Shown: positions 27,214-37,112, counted from the stretch's first letter. The stretch: DNA of 64,000 bases from Minisyncoccota bacterium (GCA_041661305.1 JBAZUR010000001.1:234101-298100), one strand, 5' to 3'. The notes: generated by a model not told the origin, from the letters alone. A program made the numbers and translations.

Positions 27214-28458
27214 TTAGGAAAGTTCTGCGATTATCTTATCGATTGCCACAATACTGGAATCTTTTTCTGTACGCTTTTTTACTTCAACTCCCCCAGCCTT
27301 CAAACTTTTTTCTGATACCAACACTCGATATGGGATTCCAATCAAATCCGCATCTGCAAATTTTTCTCCCGCAGTTTTATCTCCACGGTCATCATGAAGA
27401 GTTTCAATCCCTGCACTGTTCAACATTTCATAAACCTCCTTCGCTTTTTTAGAAACCTCTGCATCAGAACTAGCAAGCTCAAGTAGGTGCACTTTGAAAG
27501 GGGCAATCTCTTCTGGCCAAACCATTCCCTTATCGTCGGAAGTAACTTCAACCACGGTCCCCATTAATCTTCCTAGCCCAATACCATAACAACCCATGAT
27601 CACATCTTTGTCGCTACCATCTTCATCTTTGTATACAAGATTGAAAGGTTTGGAATATTTTGTCTTAAGTTCAAAAATGTTTCCAACTTCAATCGCCTTT
27701 TCTTTACGCAAATCAGATTCTCCACACTTGGGGCAAGTGCTCTGGTCGGCAATTATTTCCTCGTTAACAGCGATGCGGCAATTGTCGCAAATATGAATAG
27801 TATCTTCCCCCGCCACTGCGATTGTCTGAAATTCGTGGGAATATCTAGAAAAGCTACCACCCGAAGCAAAAGTAAAATATGTATTTTCGCCAATGCCTGC
27901 ACGCTTAAAGATATTTTCGTATGAAGTCTTCATAACTTCATAGTACTTTTTCAAATCTTCTTCGTCTTTGTGGAAGGAGTACAAATCTTTCATTATGAAT
28001 TCGCGCCCGCGCAAAATACCAGACTTCGCGCGCAACTCCATACGAAATTTATTTTGAATTTGATAAAGATAAACTGGAAGATCGCGATATGAAGAAACAA
28101 ATTTTTTCACCAACGGAACGACGACCTCTTCGTGCGTCGGACCGAGAGCATTCTCACGCCCAGAACTATCGGACACTTTATAAAGATCGTCCATTGTCTC
28201 CCAGCGACCAGTTGTCTCCCAATTTTCTTTCGGATGAAGCGATGGCATCAAAATTTCAACGCCTTCTGCCTTGTTCATTTCCTCGCGGATTATATTTTCA
28301 ATCTTTTTTAAAACACGTAAACCAAGTGGTAGGTATGTATAGACACCAGCTTGTAATTTATCGACAAAACCAGCTCTTATGAGAAGCTCCGCGTTTTTAG
28401 ACACCTCATCGGCAGGCGCTTCCTTTCGTGGTTTTGTAAAGAGTTTTGATTGCAACAT
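27214..28458 (-). CDS. proS: Prolyl-tRNA synthetase (short class II form lacking the editing insertion)
   Basis: 414 aa. MLQSKLFTKPRKEAP N-terminus, class II motifs, and a C-terminal Zn-binding CDNC...CPKCG. Confidence 0.85.
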   Translation of the reverse strand: MLQSKLFTKPRKEAPADEVSKNAELLIRAGFVDKLQAGVYTYLPLGLRVLKKIENIIREEMNKAEGVEILMPSLHPKENWETTGRWETMDDLYKVSDSSGRENALGPTHEEVVVPLVKKFVSSYRDLPVYLYQIQNKFRMELRAKSGILRGREFIMKDLYSFHKDEEDLKKYYEVMKTSYENIFKRAGIGENTYFTFASGGSFSRYSHEFQTIAVAGEDTIHICDNCRIAVNEEIIADQSTCPKCGESDLRKEKAIEVGNIFELKTKYSKPFNLVYKDEDGSDKDVIMGCYGIGLGRLMGTVVEVTSDDKGMVWPEEIAPFKVHLLELASSDAEVSKKAKEVYEMLNSAGIETLHDDRGDKTAGEKFADADLIGIPYRVLVSEKSLKAGGVEVKKRTEKDSSIVAIDKIIAELS

Positions 28459-28581
28459 AGTGCTATCTTACACTACTTTTTTAAGAAAAAGAAAAAATTG
28501 ACAAAACGAGGTAAATGACGTAAAGTTCGAAACAGAAATAATCTAGCTGGTTCTGTCACAAAACTGAATAAGGAGAATATC

Positions 28582-29037
28582 TTGACCAAACTTGACTTTA
28601 AGATACTGGCAATACTAACCACCATCGCTCTGTTTATTGGTGCGATGATTGCAACCGCCACCGAAAGCAAAACGCTTTTGTTTCTGGTAATAACCGCTTT
28701 CGTCACCTTTTGGGTAGGCGTAGCGTGGGCGTCTTTTCTGACCGAGCGTGGAATGCGGGAAAAATTCAGCCACCCACTCCCGCTCATCGACGAAGACGGG
28801 AACCTTCATCTTTTCATGAAGGTCGGGGGCTACTACAAAGTTCTCGCGTGTCTGAACTCTCACCGTGAAGCCGGAGAACATCTGTACGTACTTCGTGCAA
28901 CAAGTGGCGGTGAGGACGGCAAGGTTTTACTCGCATGGGCAGAAGAACGTCTCAATCTACCAACCAATTTCCAGGTCGTCAAAATGACCGAACAGCGTGG
29001 GGAGAGAATACGGATAACGTCCTTCGTCTTCGAGTAA
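28582..29037 (+). CDS. Hypothetical protein with an N-terminal 2-TM anchor and a cytoplasmic domain, in a GC-rich island
   Basis: AGGAGA Shine-Dalgarno 5 nt upstream of a TTG start. About 50% GC. Followed by terminator AATCGCCCGCTATATGCGGGCGATTTTT at 29053-29086. Confidence 0.5.
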   Translation: MTKLDFKILAILTTIALFIGAMIATATESKTLLFLVITAFVTFWVGVAWASFLTERGMREKFSHPLPLIDEDGNLHLFMKVGGYYKVLACLNSHREAGEHLYVLRATSGGEDGKVLLAWAEERLNLPTNFQVVKMTEQRGERIRITSFVFE

Positions 29038-29084
29038 GTTCCGCCAGTTTTTCAATCGCCCGCTATATGCGGGCGATTTTTCAT

Positions 29085-30188
29085 TTACCCAATCAATCTT
29101 GCAATATCGTGATACGTCACAACGAGCATCAAAATAATCAAAATTGCAAAACCGATAAGATTAACAGTATTGGCTACTATCGGTTTTATTGGCGAACCCT
29201 TAATCCATTCGATAATCACAAAAAAGAATCGTCCGCCGTCTAACGCTGGAAATGGAAGAAGGTTCAAGATTGCAAGGTTAACAGAAATCAAAGCGGTAAA
29301 AGAAAGCAAGTAAGCAAAACCAAACTTACTTGCCTCCCCTACCATCCCAACAATTCCAACCGGACCAGTGAGTGACGATATTTCAGATTTACCATTAAAC
29401 ATTCCACCAACCAAATCCCCGAGCGATGCGATAGTAAGATACGAAAGTGAACCTGTCGTCTTGAGCCCTTGCCAAATAGCTTCAGTTGGCGAGAGTTTTA
29501 TAATTCCAATTTCATCAATAACAACACCAACAGCATAAGTGCCACCAGGAACACTAGCAGGAGTAACAGAAATGTCGTTTGTCACACCGGCACGAGAAAA
29601 ACTAATATCAATAGACTCGCCCTTATGCTCCTGAACAAACTTTCTAAAATTATCTGGTTTTAATTGTGCTAATTTTTCCGCCTCAACTTCAACAGATAAG
29701 ATTTGATCCCCTGCTTCCAGCCCTGCCACATTCGCAGGAGAACCTTTTGAAACATCGAGCACCACCAATTTTGTATCACGTAAGCCTTCGGCAAATACTG
29801 ACTGGGCGGATGTTGGCAACCCAACCATATAGCTTGTGGAAAAAAGTACCCACGCCAAAAGGGCGTTAAAAAATATACCGGCAAGCAAAACTCCGCTTTG
29901 AACCCACTTTGGCTGAGCACCAAAACTTCGTGACAAGTCCTCCTTACTTTCTTTCACCTCGTCTTCAAATTCTGCCGGATTCTCACCAAAAATTTTAACG
30001 AAACCTCCAAACGGCAAAAGATTTAGGCTGTATTGTGTTTCTCCTCTCTTCCACGAAAAAATCTTTGGAGGAAAACCAATAGCAAATTCATCAACGCGAA
30101 TTTTTGCCCATTTTGCTGTTATAAAATGCCCAAACTCATGCACCAAAATGAGGACGAAAAGAATTATAAGAAAAAGAATAATTGACAT
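29085..30188 (-). CDS. rseP: RIP metalloprotease RseP (site-2 protease, M50)
   Basis: 367 aa. HEFGHF zinc motif, PDZ domain, LDGG motif. Confidence 0.85.
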   Translation of the reverse strand: MSIILFLIILFVLILVHEFGHFITAKWAKIRVDEFAIGFPPKIFSWKRGETQYSLNLLPFGGFVKIFGENPAEFEDEVKESKEDLSRSFGAQPKWVQSGVLLAGIFFNALLAWVLFSTSYMVGLPTSAQSVFAEGLRDTKLVVLDVSKGSPANVAGLEAGDQILSVEVEAEKLAQLKPDNFRKFVQEHKGESIDISFSRAGVTNDISVTPASVPGGTYAVGVVIDEIGIIKLSPTEAIWQGLKTTGSLSYLTIASLGDLVGGMFNGKSEISSLTGPVGIVGMVGEASKFGFAYLLSFTALISVNLAILNLLPFPALDGGRFFFVIIEWIKGSPIKPIVANTVNLIGFAILIILMLVVTYHDIARLIG

Positions 30189-30191
30189 GTA

Positions 30192-30743
30192 TTAACTTAA
30201 GATATCTTTCTCTTTGCGTTGTGTAAATTCTTCAAGTCTAGAATTAGCCTCATCTACAAACTTTTGAAGCTCATCTTTGTATCTAAATTTTTCATCCTCT
30301 GTTATTAAGCCGTCACGTTCTTGAGCTTGAATATCGGACCAAACTTTCTCTCTTTCTGTTCGCACAGAAATACGAGCTTCTTCTAGTTTGCTCTTTGATA
30401 ATTTTATTAACATCTCGCGACGCTCAGAAGAAAGTTGAGGGAAAGAAACCCTAAGACCTTCGTCGTCTGTTGAAACAGAGAGTCCAAGATTTGCCGAGGA
30501 GATAGCACGTTCTATTTCTTTAACATGAGCTTTGTCCCATGGCGCAATACGTAAAGTACGTGGGTCTTCAATCGAAACTGTTGCCAAGTGAACTATCGGG
30601 GTACGAGCGCCATAAGCCTCAACCAAGACACCGTCTAAAATAGCTGGGGCTGCTCGACCAGTATGAAGCGAAGTAAATTCGTGGAGTAACCACTCGTCTA
30701 CTTTCTTAAGTTCATCTTTAAATTGCTGAAAACTGTAAGCCAT
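30192..30743 (-). CDS. frr: Ribosome recycling factor
   Basis: 183 aa, full-length RRF signature. Confidence 0.9.
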   Translation of the reverse strand: MAYSFQQFKDELKKVDEWLLHEFTSLHTGRAAPAILDGVLVEAYGARTPIVHLATVSIEDPRTLRIAPWDKAHVKEIERAISSANLGLSVSTDDEGLRVSFPQLSSERREMLIKLSKSKLEEARISVRTEREKVWSDIQAQERDGLITEDEKFRYKDELQKFVDEANSRLEEFTQRKEKDILS

Positions 30744-30792
30744 ATTGATGTGTAGTATATGGTATTTTTTAATGAATTCAAACTTTTAAGCG

Positions 30793-31482
30793 CTAGAGCG
30801 TAATTGCCAAATATTCCACAATCATTTTTATTGATGGCGAGCGGTCTCGCAAATAACCGCGGAATTTTATTACCGTCTCAAGGGTTGCCACTTCTTCTGG
30901 TGTTGTCTTTCCATTAATTTTTTTACTTAAAACCTCTTGAAGTGCGTCCATAAAAAGAGAAGTGCGCTCTCGGTCTTTGTCTGCTATAAGTTTTTTTATG
31001 AACGGCATTTGGAGCCTCTCTGTTGGTTCCTTCTTTAAAAACTCATTGGCAATCTCCTGTATTTCACCCGCCTCGTCTAATGTTTCCCCTCCCAAAACCA
31101 CAACCATTCGTGAACGTAGCGTTGGAAGTATTGCCCGCGCATCTTTAAGAACAATAAAAAAATGAGTTCCTGCTGTTGGTTCTTCAAAAACTTTAAGGAG
31201 AGAATTTTGAGCCTCACGAGTAAAGCTCAAAGCCGAAACTACAAAAATTTTATAATCACCGCCAAGTGATTTTTCGGACTGCTTGCGCTTAAGTTCTCGC
31301 CCTTCGTCTATTCCAAGCGTTTCGTAATGAGCAATAAAAAAATCAGGATTAGCCTGACTTACAAGTCCAAAGGCTTTTTCAATTTCTGAAACAAGTTCTG
31401 GCACCAAGGTGGTTTCTCCCTCAATCAAATAAGCGTGGTGTAAGTTACCACTACCTTTATATGTCTCAAAAATTGTTTTCAT
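30793..31482 (-). CDS. holB: DNA polymerase III delta-prime subunit-like AAA+ protein
   Basis: 229 aa. HHAYLIEG, FEEP, PTLRSR motifs. Confidence 0.7.
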   Translation of the reverse strand: MKTIFETYKGSGNLHHAYLIEGETTLVPELVSEIEKAFGLVSQANPDFFIAHYETLGIDEGRELKRKQSEKSLGGDYKIFVVSALSFTREAQNSLLKVFEEPTAGTHFFIVLKDARAILPTLRSRMVVVLGGETLDEAGEIQEIANEFLKKEPTERLQMPFIKKLIADKDRERTSLFMDALQEVLSKKINGKTTPEEVATLETVIKFRGYLRDRSPSIKMIVEYLAITL

Positions 31483-31512
31483 TTTAATTTACAAGATTAA
31501 GCCTTGTAAAAA

Positions 31513-32526
31513 CTATCGCTTCGCGATTATCGACTTTTTGTAAACATCGAGGTGCTCAAGTGCGATTCCAGTCCCCTTCGCCACACAATACAATGGGTCC
31601 TCGGCCATAGTCGCCTTAACTCCAGTGCGACGAAAAACAAGTTCTGGAAAATTACGAAGCATAGAGGTTCCTCCGGTCATGATTATTCCATTATCTATAA
31701 TATCCGCCGAGAGCTCTGGTGGAGTATCCTGAAGAACGTCTTTAATCGCTTTTATCATCTGTCTTAGTTCTTTATCTATCGCCTTAACGATTTCATTTGT
31801 TGAAATTTGTGCAGTACGTGGAAGTCCTGCGATGAAATCGCGACCTTTGATGGTCATCGTCAATTCTTCGTCCATTGGCGTTGCCGAACCAATCTGAATT
31901 TTTATATCTTCTGCTGTCTTGTCTCCGATAGCCAAGTTAAAAGTTTTTTTAATGTAATCCGTAATTGCAGCATCAATACGATTGCCTGCGCACTTCACAG
32001 AGTTTGATGCAACAATCCCACCGAGCGAAATAACAGCAACGTCTGTCGTACCACCACCAATATCAACAACCATATGCCCTCGAGGTTCATGAATTGGAAT
32101 ACCTGCGCCGATTGCCGCCAAAATTGGTTCCTTCACAACATAGGCGTTTTTTGCCCCAGCTTTAATTGCAGCCTCCACGACAGCACGACGTTCTGTTGAC
32201 GTTACCCCCGCAGGAACAGAAACCATCACCTCTGGTTTAAAAATACTAAACTTCCCCATCGCCTTACCAATATAATAACGAAGCATCGCTTCGGTCACGC
32301 GATAATCAGCAATCACACCATCTCTCATTGGTCGATAAGCAATAATGCTATCTGGAGTTTTACCAATCATATCTTTTGCTTCAATACCAACAGCCAAAAT
32401 TTTGTTTTCTTGTTCAGAAACAGCAACAACTGAAGGTTCGTTTAAAACAACTCCCTTTCCAGGAAGGTACACGAGGGTATTTGCTGTCCCTAAATCTATT
32501 CCAAGTTTTTTTGTAAAAAATGACAT
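31513..32526 (-). CDS. MreB-like actin homolog (second copy)
   Basis: 337 aa. LGIDLGTANTLVY, DIGGGTTD. Stand-alone, not next to mreCD. Confidence 0.85.
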   Translation of the reverse strand: MSFFTKKLGIDLGTANTLVYLPGKGVVLNEPSVVAVSEQENKILAVGIEAKDMIGKTPDSIIAYRPMRDGVIADYRVTEAMLRYYIGKAMGKFSIFKPEVMVSVPAGVTSTERRAVVEAAIKAGAKNAYVVKEPILAAIGAGIPIHEPRGHMVVDIGGGTTDVAVISLGGIVASNSVKCAGNRIDAAITDYIKKTFNLAIGDKTAEDIKIQIGSATPMDEELTMTIKGRDFIAGLPRTAQISTNEIVKAIDKELRQMIKAIKDVLQDTPPELSADIIDNGIIMTGGTSMLRNFPELVFRRTGVKATMAEDPLYCVAKGTGIALEHLDVYKKSIIAKR

Positions 32527-32538
32527 TTATTTCGTGTG

Positions 32539-33864
32539 TTAAGCCACCACCGAGTCCGCGACCGGCATCCTTTCAATTGAAACGCCGATTGCTCTTAGGC
32601 GCTCCTCAACTCTCTCATACCCTCTATCAATGTTATAGACATTATGGATAACAGATTCACCTTTGGCAACAATACCCGCAATAACAAAGGCTAGCCCCGC
32701 TCGAAGGTCTGGGCTTTCAAGCTCCTTAGAATTAAGGGGTGTTGGTCCAGAAATTTTTACACGATGAGGATCAAACATTGTTATTTCTGCCCCCATTCTG
32801 TTTAACCATTCAACATAATTTAAACGTCCCTCAAAAATTGTCTCGAAAACCAAACTGTCACCTTTTGCTTGTGTAAGAAAAACCACCATTGGCGCTTGGA
32901 TGTCAGTTGGGAATCCTGGGTATTCGTGTGTCTTTATATCAACAGCGTTGAGTTGAACTTTTTTCTTTCCAGAAACTTTTACCGTAATAGTATTTGTGCC
33001 GACCTTAATCGGAACTCCAGAATACGTAAGTACTTCAATCAAAGATTCTAAATGTTTTGGTTCGCAGTCTGTGATAGTGACATCCTCTCCGAGTAGCGCC
33101 GCGATAACAAGAAAACTACCAGCTTCAATTCTGTCAGGTGTCGTAATGTAAGCCTTACCTTTACTCTTTAATTTTGAAGTTCCAGTAATTGTGATTGTTG
33201 ATGTTCCTGCGCCAATAATCTTTGCCCCACAACTATTCAAATATTCCGCTAATGTCTCAATTTCAGGCTCAAGAGCAGCATTTTTAATGACTGTTTTACC
33301 CTCGGCTAAAACCGCTGCCATCATAAACGTTTCTGTTCCTGTAACGCTTTGGTTCCTGAAAAATATTTCTGCCCCCCGAAGTTTTCCGCCACGAGCAGAG
33401 ATGACGTAATAAGCTTTCCCTTTTTCCCCAGACACAGAAATCTTTGCCCCCATTTTTTTGAAACCTTCCAAGAATAAATCAATCGGTCGCGCACCAATAA
33501 CACATCCACCTGGATGTGGAAAATGGACTGTCCCAAAACGTGCAAGTAGTGGACCAGTAAGGACAATAGAAGCACGCAAGCGCTTGGCGATCTCAACTGA
33601 CATTTTCCCGTTACGCATTCCTGTAGTAGAAATTTCCAAGACCCCTTTATTCTTATACTGCACATCAGCTCCTAAGTCGGTGAGTAAATCCCCCATTCGA
33701 TTAACATCTTCAATCTCAGGAACATTCTTCATTGTGAGCTTGTCGTCAAAAAGAATAGAAGCAGCCATAACCTTTAGGGCTGCATTTTTTGCGCCACGTA
33801 CGGCAATTTTTCCACGCAATTTTCGCATGCCTGCCAACCCTTTGATTAGAAAAATCTCTTTCAT
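32539..33864 (-). CDS. murA: UDP-N-acetylglucosamine 1-carboxyvinyltransferase
   Basis: 441 aa EPSP-synthase fold with the catalytic Cys region (GGCVIGARPID). Confidence 0.9.
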   Translation of the reverse strand: MKEIFLIKGLAGMRKLRGKIAVRGAKNAALKVMAASILFDDKLTMKNVPEIEDVNRMGDLLTDLGADVQYKNKGVLEISTTGMRNGKMSVEIAKRLRASIVLTGPLLARFGTVHFPHPGGCVIGARPIDLFLEGFKKMGAKISVSGEKGKAYYVISARGGKLRGAEIFFRNQSVTGTETFMMAAVLAEGKTVIKNAALEPEIETLAEYLNSCGAKIIGAGTSTITITGTSKLKSKGKAYITTPDRIEAGSFLVIAALLGEDVTITDCEPKHLESLIEVLTYSGVPIKVGTNTITVKVSGKKKVQLNAVDIKTHEYPGFPTDIQAPMVVFLTQAKGDSLVFETIFEGRLNYVEWLNRMGAEITMFDPHRVKISGPTPLNSKELESPDLRAGLAFVIAGIVAKGESVIHNVYNIDRGYERVEERLRAIGVSIERMPVADSVVA

Positions 33865-33948
33865 TGCACCATCTTACTTGGTTTTTAGTGCATCTCCAAA
33901 TTCTACTTAAAAACTAGTTTGTGGAGCATTTTTGCTATACTGGAATTT

Positions 33949-35865
33949 ATGCAGATTAGCCTCGTGACCGTTATGCCAATCGGAAAAAGCGTCTTCAAAG
34001 AACGCTTGTCTTATTTTTCGGTTGAAAACTTACCACTTGGCTCGGTTGTTAATGTCCCCCTCCGAGGACGAAGTATTCCTGCACTCGTTGTTTTGGTTGA
34101 AAGTGCAGAGGATAGTAAGGCAAAAATACGAGCTGCTTCCTTTGCAATAAAGAAAATAGAAAACGGAAAACCACGTCAACTTTTCTCGTCTGCCTTTATC
34201 GCCGCGGCCGACGAAGCGGCAGAATATTTCGCGGCACCAGCTGGCGCAATCATTGAACTATTTTCACCAAAAGCAATTCTTGAAGAAAGCGCCACCGCCG
34301 GAGAAGTAATTTCTGTTCCAAGAAAAGAACGCCCAATAACAGCAGAACAATTTGTTTTTCAGTCTGACGAGGAAGAACGACTCGTTACTTATCGTAGTTT
34401 ATTTAGAGAAGAGTTCGCCCGAGGGTTTTCCCTTTTTCTTTGCCTTCCAACCATAGAAGACGTAGAACGTTATACAACTCTCTTAGCCAAAGGCATTGAA
34501 GGATATGTCGTCACCCTACACAGCGAACTCTCAAAAAAAGAAATGGTTAGTCGTTGGCAAAGAATTGCTTCCGATACTCATCCACTTTTAATAATTGGAA
34601 CTAGTACATTCCTATCAGTTCCTCGAAATGACATTTCGACGTTTATCGTCGAGAAAGAATCGAGCAATGCTTATCGTCGTATGGGGCGTCCACACGTTGA
34701 CGCCCGCACGTTTGCCGAATTTTTGGCTAAAAAAAGTGGGGCTAGACTTATTTTTGGAGACACAATTCTTCGCGCCGAAACCCTCTACCGCCATGATGAG
34801 CACGAGTTCCCAGAATGGCGCCCCGTAAAATTACGCCTTCGCGCGCAAGCTGAAACAGTTGTTATTGATATGAAAAAAGAGCTTGAAAAGGCGTCTCCCA
34901 AAAAAACATACCCAATAATAAGTGAGCGCCTTGTTAACGAAATAAGGGAAACGATAGAACGTAACGGAAATATTTTCGTTTTTGCTGGACGACGTGGACT
35001 TGCTCCAGTAACCGTCTGCGAAGACTGCGGGGAAACTCTTATGTGTGGGCACTGCACAAGTCCTATGGTTCTTCACGAAGAAGGATCTCTCCGTTTTTAT
35101 CTTTGTCATCAATGTGGAAAGAAAATAATTTTAGGAAAACAAACCGAAGACTTGTGTCGCAATTGCGGAAGCTGGCGAATGAAACCACTTGGTACCGGAA
35201 GTGGTCGTATTGAAAGCGAACTTGAAAAAAAGTTTCCACGCTTAAACATTGTTCGCCTCGATAGCGATGTCGCTAAAACCCGAAAATCAATCACTAAGGC
35301 TATTAAAGAATTCTACGGCTCGAAAGCAACTCTGCTTATCGGAACAGAACTTGCCCTTCCGTACCTCACAGAAGAAATTGACTGTGTTGCGGCCGTCGGT
35401 ATTGATTCTCTTTTTACAATTCCAGATTTTCGAATAGAAGAACGGGTATTCCAAACACTCTCATACTTAAAAACACGAGCACGAAGAATATTTATTATTC
35501 AAACAAGGGACAAAGACAGAGAACTATTAAGCGATGTTTCAAAAGGAGACCTAGTGGGCTTCTACAGACGTGAACTTGCTGAAAGAAAACAATTTGGCTA
35601 TCCGCCTTTCGCTAAGCTTCTCAAAATCACCTACCGTGGAAAACGCGACGAGGCCGAGCGCGAAATGGCGCGACTTCACAACTATCTTCGAGTTGATCAA
35701 TTCCCAATTTTCCCCGCTTTTATACCAGAAGTTAAAAAGGAGTACCGCCTACATGGCCTACTTTCTTTCGAACCAAAACAGTGGCCCCGCAAAGATCTTA
35801 TCGAAAAGCTAAAGAGTCTCCCACTTCAATTTGATATTGAAGTCGATCCTGAAACAATTTTATAA
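33949..35865 (+). CDS. priA: Primosomal protein N' (PriA)-like protein with degenerate Walker A and DExH motifs
   Basis: PriA architecture, including the C-terminal Cys4 zinc ribbons (CEDCGETLMCGHC, CHQCGKK, CRNCGS) and C-terminal domain. Where GVTGSGKTEVY is expected it reads QSDEEERLVTY, and where DEEHD is expected it reads VEKESSNAY. Confidence 0.8.
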   Translation: MQISLVTVMPIGKSVFKERLSYFSVENLPLGSVVNVPLRGRSIPALVVLVESAEDSKAKIRAASFAIKKIENGKPRQLFSSAFIAAADEAAEYFAAPAGAIIELFSPKAILEESATAGEVISVPRKERPITAEQFVFQSDEEERLVTYRSLFREEFARGFSLFLCLPTIEDVERYTTLLAKGIEGYVVTLHSELSKKEMVSRWQRIASDTHPLLIIGTSTFLSVPRNDISTFIVEKESSNAYRRMGRPHVDARTFAEFLAKKSGARLIFGDTILRAETLYRHDEHEFPEWRPVKLRLRAQAETVVIDMKKELEKASPKKTYPIISERLVNEIRETIERNGNIFVFAGRRGLAPVTVCEDCGETLMCGHCTSPMVLHEEGSLRFYLCHQCGKKIILGKQTEDLCRNCGSWRMKPLGTGSGRIESELEKKFPRLNIVRLDSDVAKTRKSITKAIKEFYGSKATLLIGTELALPYLTEEIDCVAAVGIDSLFTIPDFRIEERVFQTLSYLKTRARRIFIIQTRDKDRELLSDVSKGDLVGFYRRELAERKQFGYPPFAKLLKITYRGKRDEAEREMARLHNYLRVDQFPIFPAFIPEVKKEYRLHGLLSFEPKQWPRKDLIEKLKSLPLQFDIEVDPETIL

Positions 35866-35867
35866 AA

Positions 35868-35900
35868 AAATAAAGGGCCCATCTTGCGACGAGCCCTTTT
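35868..35900. terminator. Bidirectional terminator between priA-like (+) and the 35916 gene (-)
   Basis: AAAAAAATAAAGGGCCCATCTTGCGACGAGCCCTTTTG. Confidence 0.65.
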
Positions 35901-35915
35901 GAGCACCACGTGTTG

Positions 35916-36404
35916 TCAAGCGGTACAGATAACACTCATTTCCACCATCCGCCCAAGCGGAATGTCGTCCGATGAACACTCGGAAACGGGGTCAATGATT
36001 TCGACGAAACCTCGGCCGTCGTCAGGGTCACCTTCGTAGCCGGTAATTTTGAACGACACCTGAACTCCGTTGTTCAAAGTGAATTCACAACTGTCGTTGA
36101 GTTCGCCGCGGATAAAGCTCGGAATCTTCAGCGCCATCTGTAAACCGCGAATTTCCTTTTCCGCGATAATCTTTGCCGTGTCGTTGGTGAACCGGAGGTA
36201 CCCCAACTCGTCGCCCCTACAGTGAAACGCGAGTTGTTGTATTCCGTTCCCAATGGGCGCGTCGTCGGGAAAACTTTCCCAATGTGACACCTCTCGTGCT
36301 CCGATATCGCACAGATCCAAAAAGGTCTCGGTCAAGAGGGCGTGTTGGGTCAGGAAAACGTAGAAAAACAGGTGGTTGTTTCGCGCAAGCGCGTTTTTGT
36401 CCAT
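35916..36404 (-). CDS. Hypothetical protein (162 aa) in a GC-rich island
   Basis: AAGGAG Shine-Dalgarno 7 nt upstream. About 50% GC. Cys-containing acidic protein with no recognised domain. Bounded by the bidirectional terminator. Confidence 0.5.
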   Translation of the reverse strand: MDKNALARNNHLFFYVFLTQHALLTETFLDLCDIGAREVSHWESFPDDAPIGNGIQQLAFHCRGDELGYLRFTNDTAKIIAEKEIRGLQMALKIPSFIRGELNDSCEFTLNNGVQVSFKITGYEGDPDDGRGFVEIIDPVSECSSDDIPLGRMVEMSVICTA

Positions 36405-36551
36405 GTGTACACTCCTTATATAGTGGACGGTTTTAAACTACAGGAGAACTTTAGGCTGTTGCCACGCTACCACCCATAATCAAATACGTCAACGATACGC
36501 AATTTACCAGCACTACGTAGTGTTTTCAAAAATCATACGTATAATTAACAA

Positions 36552-37112
36552 ATGCCTAAAAAGATAGTCCAAAACGGTGAGCCGGTCCTTCGTTCACTGG
36601 CTAAGGTCGTTCCACCCGCCGAAATTGACTCTAAAAAAATAAAGCGGGTAATAGCAGACATGAAAGTGGCTTTATCTAAGGAGCCTGACGGCGTTGCTAT
36701 AGCTGCCCCTCAAATTGGAGAATCCTTTCGTATTTTCGTCGTTGCTGGGCGCGTTTTTGCTCTTCGCACCAACGAAGAAGACCCCGAGAAAATTATGGAT
36801 CAAAAACTTTACCCCGATAAAGCCTTCATCAACCCACAAATAATTAAGCGTTCAAAAAAAGAGCGTGAGCTTCTAGAGGGATGTCTCTCTGTGCGTCACA
36901 TCTACGGCAAAATAAAGCGTAGCGAAAAAGCGACAGTGAAGGCACAGGATGAAGATGGAAAAGTTTTTACTCAAACAGGTAGTGGACTACTCGCCGAAAT
37001 ATTCCAACACGAAATTGACCATCTCGACGGAATTCTTTTTATAGACAAAGCAAAAGAACTAAGAGAGCTACATCCCGAAGACGAGGAGGGCTACAATGAA
37101 AACAATGAATAA
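36552..37112 (+). CDS. def: Peptide deformylase
   Basis: 186 aa. GVAIAAPQIG, EGCLS, HEIDHLDG motifs. Confidence 0.85.
   Translation: MPKKIVQNGEPVLRSLAKVVPPAEIDSKKIKRVIADMKVALSKEPDGVAIAAPQIGESFRIFVVAGRVFALRTNEEDPEKIMDQKLYPDKAFINPQIIKRSKKERELLEGCLSVRHIYGKIKRSEKATVKAQDEDGKVFTQTGSGLLAEIFQHEIDHLDGILFIDKAKELRELHPEDEEGYNENNE

Noticed and set aside
28473-28787. 104-aa minus-strand ORF overlapping the 28582 gene
   Set aside because: It has no RBS and is antisense to an ORF that has an SD site and terminator. Low-complexity K/F-rich tail.
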